The notes under the pieces: model-generated | Databases searched by the model: none | What the model was told of the DNA's origin: nothing | The model's input: the letters and a program-made list of their open reading frames with translations, nothing else | Source: an uncultured Bacteroidota bacterium | Lineage (GTDB): Bacteria; Bacteroidota; Bacteroidia; Flavobacteriales; BACL11 | Direction: 5' to 3' | Assembly: GCA_902587125.1 (NCBI GenBank) | Contig: CACIJW010000001.1 | Coordinates: 13,566 to 77,565, forward strand | DNA: 64,000 nt | Shown here: one piece after another, positions 48,442-58,326 of the stretch | Layout of the letters: every line of letters begins with the position of its first letter | Numbering within the stretch: position 1 is the stretch's first letter | Program-made: the position numbers and the translations under genes

Positions 48442-50201
48442 AGAACTCTTTAAGAAAGAATGTTGTTGCACTATTTTTCATAGCAGTTAGCATAATATTT
48501 CTAGTAAAATTATTCTATATACAAGTACTAAATGAAGAATATAAATTTTCTGCTAAAAATAATGTTTTAAGATACGATGTTCTTCAACCAGTAAGAGGAT
48601 TAGTTTTTGATCGTGACAGTAATCTCATTGTATCTAATGAACCTGCTTTTGATATAATTGTTGTACCTAGAGAGGTTACAAAAATTGATACAACTGTTTT
48701 TTGTAACAGTATAAATATTCCAAAAGTGGATTTCATAGAAAAATTAAATAGTGCTATTGAATATTCTAAATATCGAGAAAGTATTTTCGAAAAACAGATA
48801 GATGCAATTACCGCAGCAAATTTTAGAGAAAAACTTTACCAGTTTCCAGGCTTTTATCTAAGGAAAGTTACAAAAAGAATTTATCCCCACAAAAACTTAG
48901 GGCATTTAATTGGATTTATGGGAGAGGTAAATTCTAAAAAGATGAAAGAAGATAATTTTTACATTAAAGGCGATTTACATGGCGTTAGCGGGATTGAGGC
49001 TTCTTATGAAAATAAACTAAGAGGTAAAAAGGGAATGTCAATAAGGTTAGTTGATGTACATAATAGGACTCAGGGAAAATTTAATAATGGTGAGTATGAT
49101 ACTCTAGCTATCAGAGGTAAAAATCTTATTTCCACAATTGATATCGAATTACAAAATTATGGCAACCAATTGTTAAACGATAAACTTGGATCAATAGTAG
49201 CAATTAATCCTAAAAATGGAGAAATTCTTTCTCTGGTATCATCACCTAACTTTGATCCTGAAAAATTATCTGGAAAAAATAGATCAAACAACTATAAAAA
49301 ATTAATTAACAACAGAACCAAACCGATGTTTAATCGAGCATTGTTAGGAGAATATCCTCCTGGTTCAACTTTTAAAATTATTAATAGCTTAATATGTTTA
49401 CAAGAAAAGACTTTAAATGTAAACAACTTTTATAATTGCGATGGTAAATATTTTTTTGAAAAAGATAGATCAGTAAAATGTCATAAACATACATCAAAAG
49501 TAAATCTTTCAGATGCAATAAAATACTCTTGTAATCCATTTTTTTGTGAAAATTTTGAGAAGTATTTTGATAAATTTGATAGTTCAGAAAAAGCTTACAA
49601 AAATTGGTTTGCTCATGTGACTAGCTTTGGTATTGGTGATTGGATGAATAATGATTTTTTTTCTGGTAGAAAAGGATTGTTACCAAAAGCTGATTACTAT
49701 AATAATTATTATGGTAAAAATAATTGGAATTCAAGCACAATTATTTCTATGTCAATCGGTCAAGGTGAGCTATTGATAACTCCTATTCAGTTGGCAAATC
49801 TTAGTGCAATAATTGCTAACAGAGGATTTTTTTATACTCCTCATATAATAAAAACAATTGAAAATGAGTTGTCTATTGATTCTAATTTTATAAATAAAAA
49901 ATTTTGCTCTATCAATAAAGAACATTTCAAATATGTGATTGAAGGTATGTTTGATGTTGTTAACTCAAAAAATGGAACTGCTTATAATCCTAAAATTGAG
50001 CGATTTAATATTTGTGGTAAAACAGGGACAGCACAAAATCCACACGGTGATGATCATTCTATTTATATAGCTTTTGCACCAAAAAATAATCCAGAAATTG
50101 CTATTGCTGTTTTTATTGAAAATGCTGGCTGGGGATCTAAATGGGCTGCACCAATTGGGAATAATTTCATTCAAAAATATTTTGAACTTAAAGATAAATG
50201 A
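48438..50201 (+). CDS. mrdA: Penicillin-binding protein 2 (elongation transpeptidase)
   Basis: SxxK (GSTFK), SxN (YSCN) and KTG (GKTGTA) motifs. It lies between mreD and rodA. Confidence 0.9.
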   Translation: MKNSLRKNVVALFFIAVSIIFLVKLFYIQVLNEEYKFSAKNNVLRYDVLQPVRGLVFDRDSNLIVSNEPAFDIIVVPREVTKIDTTVFCNSINIPKVDFIEKLNSAIEYSKYRESIFEKQIDAITAANFREKLYQFPGFYLRKVTKRIYPHKNLGHLIGFMGEVNSKKMKEDNFYIKGDLHGVSGIEASYENKLRGKKGMSIRLVDVHNRTQGKFNNGEYDTLAIRGKNLISTIDIELQNYGNQLLNDKLGSIVAINPKNGEILSLVSSPNFDPEKLSGKNRSNNYKKLINNRTKPMFNRALLGEYPPGSTFKIINSLICLQEKTLNVNNFYNCDGKYFFEKDRSVKCHKHTSKVNLSDAIKYSCNPFFCENFEKYFDKFDSSEKAYKNWFAHVTSFGIGDWMNNDFFSGRKGLLPKADYYNNYYGKNNWNSSTIISMSIGQGELLITPIQLANLSAIIANRGFFYTPHIIKTIENELSIDSNFINKKFCSINKEHFKYVIEGMFDVVNSKNGTAYNPKIERFNICGKTGTAQNPHGDDHSIYIAFAPKNNPEIAIAVFIENAGWGSKWAAPIGNNFIQKYFELKDK

Positions 50202-51460
50202 GAAAAGCCAAGAATATATTTGAAAATATAGACTATTTGTCAGTTATATTATATTTAGTGCTAGTTTTTATTGGCTTTTTTAATATTTATGCATCTGAAT
50301 TTAATGATGATGCAAATGAAATTTTTAATCTATCAAAAAGACACGGAAAGCAACTTTTATTTATTTTCATATCATCTTTAATTGCTTTTTTTCTGATAAT
50401 AATAGATTGGAAGTTTTTTTTCTCATTATCTTTTTTAATATATGCTCTTAGTATTAGTAGTTTAATTCTAATTTTATTTGTTGGAAAAATAACTAATGGC
50501 TCACTCTCTTGGTTTGATTTCGGAAGTTTCAGAATTCAACCCTCAGAATTTGCAAAATTCGCAACAGCATTAGCGCTAGCTAGGTACATTAACTTATTTA
50601 GTATTAAAAAATTTAACTTTTCAAAAACAATATTATGTTTTGGTTTAGTTCTTATACCATTATTACTAATAACTATTCAGAATGATACTGGAACAGCTTT
50701 AGTTTTTCTTAGTTTCGTTCTTGTTTTATATAGAGAGGGTTTAACAGAAAATGTATTAATTTTTGGAATTTCTATTTTCTTACTAACAATATTGTGTTTG
50801 ATTCTTGATTTCTTTGTTTTTCTAATTATATTATTTTTTATTGTTTCTGTAATTTTCTATTTTCTAAAGAAAAAGAAGAAGAATATAATAAATATCTTAA
50901 TTCTATTTGTTTTTTGTATTGCCTATTCTTATTCTGTTAGCTATATTGTAAAAAATATTTTACCAAAACACCAATCTGACAGAATAATGGTTGTTTTAGG
51001 TCAAAAGAAGGATCCATACGGAATTGGATACAACGTCATACAATCAAAGATTGCTATCGGATCAGGAGGCTTAATTGGCAAAGGATTTCTCAAAGGAACT
51101 CAAACAAGATTTGATTTTGTTCCCGAACAAAGCACAGATTTTATTTTTTGTACAATTGGAGAGGAATGGGGTTTTTCAGGAGCTCTAATATTTATATCTT
51201 TATATCTAGCTTTACTTCTAAGAATTTTATTTCTTTCAGAGAGACAAAGATCAAACTTTTCTAGAGTTTACGGGTACAGTGTTGCTTGTATTCTCTTTTT
51301 TCATTTTTTGATTAACATTGGAATGACTATAGGCTTGTTTCCGGTAGTGGGAATACCTCTTCCTTTTATAAGCTATGGAGGGTCATCGCTGATAAGCTTT
51401 ACTATACTTCTTTTTGTCTTTTTGAATTTAGATTCCTATAGACTGCAGATACTTAGATAG
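50198..51460 (+). CDS. rodA: Peptidoglycan glycosyltransferase RodA (SEDS family)
   Basis: 10-TM FtsW/RodA/SpoVE fold (RIQPSEFAK, PEQSTDFIF, GIPLPFISYGGSS). Confidence 0.9.
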   Translation: MRKAKNIFENIDYLSVILYLVLVFIGFFNIYASEFNDDANEIFNLSKRHGKQLLFIFISSLIAFFLIIIDWKFFFSLSFLIYALSISSLILILFVGKITNGSLSWFDFGSFRIQPSEFAKFATALALARYINLFSIKKFNFSKTILCFGLVLIPLLLITIQNDTGTALVFLSFVLVLYREGLTENVLIFGISIFLLTILCLILDFFVFLIILFFIVSVIFYFLKKKKKNIINILILFVFCIAYSYSVSYIVKNILPKHQSDRIMVVLGQKKDPYGIGYNVIQSKIAIGSGGLIGKGFLKGTQTRFDFVPEQSTDFIFCTIGEEWGFSGALIFISLYLALLLRILFLSERQRSNFSRVYGYSVACILFFHFLINIGMTIGLFPVVGIPLPFISYGGSSLISFTILLFVFLNLDSYRLQILR

Positions 51461-53575
51461 CTAGTAAAATAATGATCTATTATCGACAACATCTGCTTCT
51501 TTATTCAAAGATTTGTATGCTGAGTTCGATGAGTATGTTGTGTATTCGCTAGAAAATTCTTTGGCTTCAGCCGAATAGTCTTGTAAAACTGGAACTTCAG
51601 TGAATGACTTGATCTCATAAAAATAAACAGCATTTTTTGCAGATATCATGTGTATTTTGTTTAATGAATTACTCTGAGATCTTGAAATTATATGACCAGT
51701 TAGTTCAGGCTCAAATCCAATTCCTGGAATATTAAGTTTTGTCATATTCGCAATATTATCAGAAAAGGTTTTTAAAGATGTTTCTTTTGAAAGTTGAGCT
51801 AAATTTTCAATGTTTTCAAATTTTGACAAGATTTGGTTAGACTTTTTAATATTTCTCAAAATGGATTTTATTGAATTTTCCACATTTGCAATATCAATAT
51901 TTCCTTTTTTGTGGTGATCTTTAACATAAGCTACAACAAAAGAGTTTTCAAACTGAAATACTTCCGAAATTTGATTTTCTTTTGCATCACTGAGCCATTT
52001 AACCATCTCTCTTGAGTTTGGCAATCCAGAGATGTTTTCTTTGTCTTTTTTCACTTTAGAATCACTTCTCTTTGCCAAATTTGAGATTAACACAAGAGAG
52101 TCAAACTCGACATTGTTGTTTAATATGTCATTGGCGAACTGAGCTGCTTGGGAATAGTATTTATTAAATGTTTCAGAGCTTGGCAGTACGTATCTATCAA
52201 TGTAGATTACTTTATGCTTTTTAACAAGCTTACTTCTTTTAACGATGTTTATTAAATGAACACCAAACTGAGTAGTTACTTGAGAAAGTTTATCGAAATT
52301 GTTTGAAAAGCAAGCATCATTAAATTCCTTGACCATGACACCTTCTTTAAACCAGCCCAAATCACCACCCTTGATGGCTGAGCCCTTATCATCTGAAAAA
52401 AGCTTTGCAAGAGTCCCGAAGTCTTCACCTTTATCAATTCTATCTTTAATATTGGTAATAATTTTGTTAACTGAGTCGAGCGGAACATCGTTTTTAGGTG
52501 TTATCAAAATGTGTTGTGCCTCAACGGAATCAGGTCTGAATTCTGTACTAAATATTCTTGCGATTCTAAAACTATTTTCAGAGTTTTTGTAAGGACCTAT
52601 TAAATCTTCTTTATTGGTTAAGAGTTCTTTGAACTTAGGGTCATCAAATTCGCTTTCCTTTTTGTATGCAAAGTTTGAAATAGAATTATCAGTATTTCTT
52701 CTTACGAACAAATCAACATCTGTATCATTTAAATTTTTGAAATCATTAACAATATTTGTTATTGACTTTTGGGTTTCTAGTTCATCCTCAGCAGAATAAA
52801 CTACATTGAATACAACATAATCAACATCTTTTGATTCTTCCTGCTTATAATCTTCAATGTTCTCTTTATAATAATCATTAATTTCATTTTCACTCACTGA
52901 AACCAGGCTATCATTGATATATGAAAATGGAACTGTTATACAATCAAAACTAACATTATAGTTTTTTTCAGCATGACGTTCAATTGCCTCTAGATTTGTT
53001 ACGTACATTGAGTTTTGAAGTAAATCATTATACTTGCTTTCTTTAATCAGATTTAATAAATATTTTTGAAAGGATATCCATCTGATTTTAGCTTCTCCTG
53101 TAGGGTCAGTGTCAATATTTTTTAAGTAACCCACAATCCTTGACCTATCAAATCTCCCAGTGTTAGGATCTTGAAAAGCTGGTACTTTTGATATTTCAGG
53201 GTGAACATTTGAACCCTGAAGAAGTTCAAAAAATTCATCATCGGTAACATCAATCCCAAGATTTGAAAACTCATTATTTAAAATTAATTCTTTAATATAT
53301 TGATCCCAAATTTGGTTTCTGATTTGAACTATAGTTTGTTGGTCTACTGATGATGTGGGGTTCTGTGTCTTAAAGTTATCAATGCCTTCCTCAACTTTAA
53401 TTTGAAAGTTTTGGATATTAATTTTTTCACCTAAAACTTCACCTACTGTGCTTGAACTTGGACCACCAGACCTTTGAGACTGCATGAAATCTCCAAGTAT
53501 AAATGCAAGCATAGCAATACCGATAACTGAAAGAAGTAATACCGATCTTTTTCTAATGTTTTCTAAAGCTGCCAT
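51461..53575 (-). CDS. ppiD: Periplasmic chaperone / peptidyl-prolyl isomerase, PpiD-like
   Basis: N-terminal TM anchor, a SurA-N-like region and a parvulin domain (VEAQHILI...GGDLGWFKEGVMVKEFNDACF). 704 aa. Confidence 0.75.
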   Translation of the reverse strand: MAALENIRKRSVLLLSVIGIAMLAFILGDFMQSQRSGGPSSSTVGEVLGEKINIQNFQIKVEEGIDNFKTQNPTSSVDQQTIVQIRNQIWDQYIKELILNNEFSNLGIDVTDDEFFELLQGSNVHPEISKVPAFQDPNTGRFDRSRIVGYLKNIDTDPTGEAKIRWISFQKYLLNLIKESKYNDLLQNSMYVTNLEAIERHAEKNYNVSFDCITVPFSYINDSLVSVSENEINDYYKENIEDYKQEESKDVDYVVFNVVYSAEDELETQKSITNIVNDFKNLNDTDVDLFVRRNTDNSISNFAYKKESEFDDPKFKELLTNKEDLIGPYKNSENSFRIARIFSTEFRPDSVEAQHILITPKNDVPLDSVNKIITNIKDRIDKGEDFGTLAKLFSDDKGSAIKGGDLGWFKEGVMVKEFNDACFSNNFDKLSQVTTQFGVHLINIVKRSKLVKKHKVIYIDRYVLPSSETFNKYYSQAAQFANDILNNNVEFDSLVLISNLAKRSDSKVKKDKENISGLPNSREMVKWLSDAKENQISEVFQFENSFVVAYVKDHHKKGNIDIANVENSIKSILRNIKKSNQILSKFENIENLAQLSKETSLKTFSDNIANMTKLNIPGIGFEPELTGHIISRSQSNSLNKIHMISAKNAVYFYEIKSFTEVPVLQDYSAEAKEFSSEYTTYSSNSAYKSLNKEADVVDNRSLFY

Positions 53576-53690
53576 ATGAAGGATTGCGAATTTACAAATG
53601 TTTTAATAAATATGAAAGCAATTTTATCTTATTGAATTTATTAAAACTTATTTTTTGCTAGTTGATTATCTTTATTGATTGAAATAAAAC

Positions 53691-54209
53691 TTAATTTTTA
53701 ACATTAAAACTAATATTTCCTTTAACATCATTAATGTAATACTTTTCAAACTTTGAATCTGATTTGAAACCGCTTCCATAGATAACCTCATCATTTGTTT
53801 TTATTGTTACATTTTCGTTAGTGTAAACATCATCACTATTTCTATCCCATACTAAACTACTACTGTTTAATATTTTTTCAACTTTATCTGTTAATGTTAC
53901 ATTTACTAAAGCTTTAAGTAAATTATTTTCCTCATCAATCTCAGCTTTTTCTGAAGTCAGAGTTGATGTTACTATATTATTATTATAAAAATTAAGTTTG
54001 ACTCCATCTGATAAATAAATGATTTGATTTTTGTTGAATCTTTCCATTTTACCAACATCAATTTTGGCTTTAAGTTTTCCATTTATGGTATGGGTGATAC
54101 TTGCATTAGTTGTAGTTTCAACAGTATAGTTATCATGAGTAGAAAAGTCTTTAACTGTGTTTTCATTGTTACATGAAAATATCAATATAAGTAATAAAAA
54201 TCTAGTCAC
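53691..54209 (-). CDS. lptC: LptC-like periplasmic lipoprotein (OstA/LptC fold, probable)
   Basis: 172 aa with a GTG start and a lipobox (LILIFSC). It has an all-beta pattern with the L-W-D...V-Y-T...V-x-I...I-x-G-x-GF block (SSLVWDRNSDDVYTNENVTIKTNDEVIYGSGF) that is characteristic of LptC. Confidence 0.5.
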   Translation of the reverse strand: MTRFLLLILIFSCNNENTVKDFSTHDNYTVETTTNASITHTINGKLKAKIDVGKMERFNKNQIIYLSDGVKLNFYNNNIVTSTLTSEKAEIDEENNLLKALVNVTLTDKVEKILNSSSLVWDRNSDDVYTNENVTIKTNDEVIYGSGFKSDSKFEKYYINDVKGNISFNVKN

Positions 54210-55491
54210 TAGTTCTGACAGTAGTTCCTTTATTTACCCAGCATTCAACAGTGTAAGAGTCTCCACTTTGTAAACTTCCATTAAAGAAACATTCCTCTTT
54301 AGTTGGAAAGTATTTTGAATATGTATTTATACTTTTTCTTGCTCTCTCATTTGTTAATTCATCAGAAAGCGCTTTAGTGAAATAATCAACTGCTACCCAA
54401 TAAACAGTTGATTTTTCAAAATCTGAACTGCAATTACCAGCGCCTGCTACATATATGTTGCCGATTGTGATAAATGCCTCTCCCCAGTTTTTCTTTAAAT
54501 TAGTTGCTTGTTTAGCAGTTAAAATAGCACTGCTATAATTTTTTGAAATTCTATAGGCATCAGCTTTTTCGAGTAAATATTTTGCTCTTTTATCGCTATC
54601 TTCTTCAATCTCAATAGCCATATCAAAATATTCTATAGCCTGATTAAATTCTTTTCTTTTAATGCAAATTTTTCCTAATTTACTTGCAGAGCTTGATGAT
54701 GGCAACAACTCATGTAATCTTTTAGATACTTGGAAATGAAATTCTGTGTCTGTGCAATTTTGTTTTGAGAGAATATTGTAAAGCCTGTTTACAAAATCAG
54801 TATCATTGTTGTTTATTGTGAATTTTGGTTGAAAAATATTTTCAATCTTTCCGCAGTCTATATAACTAACAATTTTTTTATTTATTGCATCAGAAGTCTT
54901 TTGATAAAATTTTGATTTTTTATCATTTTTTTTGAGATTATAGTCAATTATACTCATTAAAGCTGAGTATCTGTTAAGTAATGAATCTTCTGAGATTATT
55001 TCATTTTTGACCATTATATCCAAAGTATTGAAATATGCTAGAACAGCACCAGCATCTGAACTATTTTTTTGCAAAGCAATTGATCTTGCTAAAATTTCAT
55101 TTGCATCTAAAAATTTTGATTTATCATATCTTAGCAAATCTGCTCCTTTTCTGCCTAAAACATAACCCTCATTACCAAAATATTCAATTCTCTGATCATA
55201 GATCAACATTAAAGTATCAACATATTCTTTCTTTTGCTCGGGTCTTTCTTTGATCATAGATTTAATTATGATGGGGCCATTTTTATAAATATTACCACTA
55301 GCTTTTGGACAATTTTGAAACGTCCATCTCCAAGGGCTTAGAGCCTCCATGTAATTCTTTTGCTTATAATATTCTCTAAATAGAGATAAGTTAGTTATAC
55401 ATTTTACGCTGTCAACACCATATTTAGATTGTGAAAAACTATCTCCATAACTTAAAGTTAGTATTAAAATAAAGACAAAATTCTTAATCAT
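54202..55491 (-). CDS. Secreted TPR-like repeat protein
   Basis: 429 aa with a signal peptide and TPR-like segments (for example FNQAIEYFDMAIEIEEDSDKRAKYLLEKADAY). It overlaps both neighbours by 8 nt. Confidence 0.5.
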   Translation of the reverse strand: MIKNFVFILILTLSYGDSFSQSKYGVDSVKCITNLSLFREYYKQKNYMEALSPWRWTFQNCPKASGNIYKNGPIIIKSMIKERPEQKKEYVDTLMLIYDQRIEYFGNEGYVLGRKGADLLRYDKSKFLDANEILARSIALQKNSSDAGAVLAYFNTLDIMVKNEIISEDSLLNRYSALMSIIDYNLKKNDKKSKFYQKTSDAINKKIVSYIDCGKIENIFQPKFTINNNDTDFVNRLYNILSKQNCTDTEFHFQVSKRLHELLPSSSSASKLGKICIKRKEFNQAIEYFDMAIEIEEDSDKRAKYLLEKADAYRISKNYSSAILTAKQATNLKKNWGEAFITIGNIYVAGAGNCSSDFEKSTVYWVAVDYFTKALSDELTNERARKSINTYSKYFPTKEECFFNGSLQSGDSYTVECWVNKGTTVRTSD

Positions 55492-56740
55492 ATTTTCTTT
55501 TTATGAACCATATGGCATCAAAGTTAATTGAAAGACCTATTTCGACAAAATTTTCTGCGATTAAGTTATCGTTTGTAGTACCTCTTCTTCCAAGCAATAA
55601 GGATAAATCGTAAATTGTTTTACTTCTTTGATTAGGTAAACCAATTCCTAATGTAAGTCCTGTTTCATTTATTTTATTATTATTTAACTGTATTGGAGTT
55701 TGAAAATTATAAAATCCAAATCTATATTTAACTTTGCTGAGGTATGCTGTAGAATTGGTATTTTGATTGTAATATTCTAAACCAATATTTAATTTTTCAG
55801 AACTTATTAAATCATCACTTTGTCCAAATAATTGATAGTTACTCCAATCTTGGATTGAATATTCACCTATCAAGTTCAAATTTTTTAGTTTATAGGATAA
55901 ACCAAAACTAATTAGCTGAGGCAATGTAAGTTCACCTCTTTGTGTTAAATTAACAAAAGTATCTTTTACTTGTTCGCTGAATCCGGAGAATTCAAAGCTC
56001 TCTGCTAGTTCAAATCTTTTTGATGAAATATTACTTTGACTATTTAAAACTATAGCTAGTGAAAAATCATTTTGATTAATCTCATTTTTAAATAATAAAC
56101 CAATTTCATAGTCATATCCTTTGATATTTACTCTTTCAACTGATCTTGAATGAAAAATTGATTCATCGTCAAAAATTATTCTTTTTTCTCTGTTTATTGC
56201 TCCAAATAAATATGATGCATTTGCTCCAACTGAGAGTGATTTTGATATTTTAAATGATGTTCCAAAATAAAGCTTACTAATACCCCCAGTTCCTTTGTAA
56301 AATTTATCAGCTTCAAACTCATCATCTCTCTCAAACAAATCATAACCACTATTGGTGTAAGGTAAAAAACCTGAGCTAAAACCAATTTTATTGTTTATTG
56401 GAAAACCAAAAATTAAGCTAGATAATTTTGCATTGTTGTAAACTTCATTTTTTGAACTACTTTCAAGAAATGTTGTATTATTTTTTAAAGATGTATGAAA
56501 TATAAATTTTTTCGGCTGAATTAATGAATATGATGCAGGATTAGATGGATTAACGTAAAAGCTATTTAATGACGCTGTAGAAGCACCCCCCATCGATTGA
56601 TAGTAAGAGGAAAAATTATTACTAAATGTCCCTAACCCAAATCGGCTGTAAGGTGAAAAGGTATTTGATTGACTGAAGGAATCAATTGTAAATAGACATA
56701 AAAAAATTGCTAATATTTTCTTTATTTTATCATTCATCAT
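55484..56740 (-). CDS. Putative outer-membrane beta-barrel protein
   Basis: 418 aa with a signal peptide and an SPYSRFGLG N-terminal motif. Amphipathic beta-strands with aromatic girdles alternate through the sequence. I do not recognise the family with confidence. Confidence 0.45.
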   Translation of the reverse strand: MMNDKIKKILAIFLCLFTIDSFSQSNTFSPYSRFGLGTFSNNFSSYYQSMGGASTASLNSFYVNPSNPASYSLIQPKKFIFHTSLKNNTTFLESSSKNEVYNNAKLSSLIFGFPINNKIGFSSGFLPYTNSGYDLFERDDEFEADKFYKGTGGISKLYFGTSFKISKSLSVGANASYLFGAINREKRIIFDDESIFHSRSVERVNIKGYDYEIGLLFKNEINQNDFSLAIVLNSQSNISSKRFELAESFEFSGFSEQVKDTFVNLTQRGELTLPQLISFGLSYKLKNLNLIGEYSIQDWSNYQLFGQSDDLISSEKLNIGLEYYNQNTNSTAYLSKVKYRFGFYNFQTPIQLNNNKINETGLTLGIGLPNQRSKTIYDLSLLLGRRGTTNDNLIAENFVEIGLSINFDAIWFIKRKYD

Positions 56741-57452
56741 TAAAGTTCATAATTTCATGTAGACCTATTGCAACAAGATTTTCTTCGCTTGCAAATATGG
56801 TGTTTTTTAGCTCACTTAACAAAAAATTCATGTCTCCTCCAGTAACAATAACGTATAAACTATTTAATTGTTTTAATAGTTCGGAGTTAAAATCTCTTAT
56901 TTCAGAAATAATTGATCTTTGAATTCCAGTATGTATCGAAGATTCTGTATCATTTCCGTAAATATCTTTTTTATAAACAAAATTTAGAAGTGGTAGTTGA
57001 TGAGTAAACGAAAGACTTTTATATCTAAGATGAAGTCCAGGAGATATTCTGCCTCCTAAAAATATACCGTCATTTGTTAAAACATCCATGGTGATACATG
57101 TGCCAATATCTACAATAAGTAAATTTTTTGCAGGATATAATTTTCTAGCACCAACCATTGCAGCAATTCTGTCTTTTCCCAATTTGTTGTTATCTCGATA
57201 ATTTAATTTTAATGGGATTTTGAGATTATCCTTAAAATGCAATATCTTCTTGAACTTAGTTAATTTTGAAGCATCAATTTGACTTCCTACATTTGAAATA
57301 AATATTTTATCAATATTACTTGCATCTAATAACTTATAAAACTTTTTAGTTTGATTTTTTTTGAATGAATATTTTTTTTCAATTTTAGAATTATTAAAAA
57401 AAGTTGCTTTTATTAAAGTATTTCCAATGTCAACTATAAGATTCATTTTCAC
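56730..57452 (-). CDS. coaX: Type III pantothenate kinase
   Basis: PHOSPHATE-1 motif VDIGNTLIK, the DRIAAMVGA block and the VTGGD block. 240 aa. Confidence 0.85.
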   Translation of the reverse strand: MKMNLIVDIGNTLIKATFFNNSKIEKKYSFKKNQTKKFYKLLDASNIDKIFISNVGSQIDASKLTKFKKILHFKDNLKIPLKLNYRDNNKLGKDRIAAMVGARKLYPAKNLLIVDIGTCITMDVLTNDGIFLGGRISPGLHLRYKSLSFTHQLPLLNFVYKKDIYGNDTESSIHTGIQRSIISEIRDFNSELLKQLNSLYVIVTGGDMNFLLSELKNTIFASEENLVAIGLHEIMNFNDE

Positions 57453-57525
57453 TTCTTTTTTTATTAATTATAATGTTTTGCATTGGAGAAATGATTAAAA
57501 AATGTATTCAAATAAAAAAAACAAT

Positions 57526-57533
57526 TAAATTTG
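57526..57533 (+). promoter_or_regulatory. -7 promoter box TAAATTTG for tRNA-Phe
   Basis: Exact consensus match, 9 nt before the first tRNA nucleotide (57543). Confidence 0.45.
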
Positions 57534-57542
57534 CATCCCATT

Positions 57543-57615
57543 GGTACCTTAGCTCAGTTGGTAGAGCAATGGACTGAAAATCCATGTGTCCCTGGTTCGA
57601 TTCCTGGAGGTACCA
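57543..57615 (+). tRNA. tRNA-Phe (anticodon GAA)
   Basis: The 73-nt cloverleaf folds by hand. The acceptor stem is GGTACCT/AGGTACC and the D arm is GCTC-AGTTGGTA-GAGC. The anticodon stem is ATGGA/TCCAT with loop CTGAAAA. The T arm is CCTGG-TTCGATT-CCTGG, with one central U-U mismatch. The discriminator is A and no CCA is encoded. Confidence 0.93.
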
Positions 57616-57620
57616 CATAA

Positions 57621-57646
57621 AACCCACTACATTAGTGGGTTTTTTT
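57621..57646 (+). terminator. Rho-independent terminator after tRNA-Phe (potentially bidirectional)
   Basis: The stem is AACCCAC/GTGGGTT with loop TACATTA, followed by a T run to 57646. On the other strand the same hairpin is followed by TTTTAT and contains the last codons and stop of elbB. Confidence 0.6.
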
Positions 57647-58325
57647 GTAAAAGCTTTTTTAGCTCAATAATAGCTAAAGAAATATTCTCAAAAACCTCAT
57701 CTATATTAGCCTCCATCATATAGCATGGAGCACTAATTACCCTATTTTTTTTATCTACACATACTTCTTTTATTGAGCAATTTATAGTATTTACATCCAT
57801 TTGTTTCAAAGCAGTTTGAAACTCTGAAATGTTATATTCAGAGGCATGTTGAGTTGATCCTATAGTTAGCTTCAAATCTTTGGCTTTATTTAAAAGAGAT
57901 TTGGCAACAATTGTTGGTGAAACACATAGAGATAAAATTGGTTTTTTTAGATCAAAAAAGTGTAAAATAAGTTTTTTTACATCAGGATGAATAGTACAAT
58001 CTACTTCTTTTAAAGCCCATGAACTTAAATTTTTAGCTACTCCAAAACCTCCAGGAATTATTAGACATTCAAATTTTTCATGGTCAATAATTGATAAATC
58101 TGTGATTTTTCCTCTTGAAATTCTTGAAGATTCAATTAATACATTTCTCTTTTCATTTATCTCATCTCCGTTGATATGATTGAGAACATGATGCATATCT
58201 ATATTTGGTGATATACATTCATATTCAATGGAATTCTTGCACAAACAAATCAAAGTTGATACTGATTCATGAATCTCAGAGCCGTCAAAAACTCCGCAGC
58301 CTGATAGTAATACTAATGCCTTCAA
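57627..58325 (-). CDS. elbB: DJ-1/PfpI-family protein ElbB (isoprenoid biosynthesis / glyoxalase-like)
   Basis: LLSGCGVFDGSEIHESV, NVLIESSRISRG and IIPGGFGVAKNLS align closely with E. coli ElbB as I recall it. The TTG start lies 1 nt after the upstream gene's stop. Confidence 0.85.
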   Translation of the reverse strand: MKALVLLSGCGVFDGSEIHESVSTLICLCKNSIEYECISPNIDMHHVLNHINGDEINEKRNVLIESSRISRGKITDLSIIDHEKFECLIIPGGFGVAKNLSSWALKEVDCTIHPDVKKLILHFFDLKKPILSLCVSPTIVAKSLLNKAKDLKLTIGSTQHASEYNISEFQTALKQMDVNTINCSIKEVCVDKKNRVISAPCYMMEANIDEVFENISLAIIELKKLLQKNPLM

Positions 58326-58326
58326 T

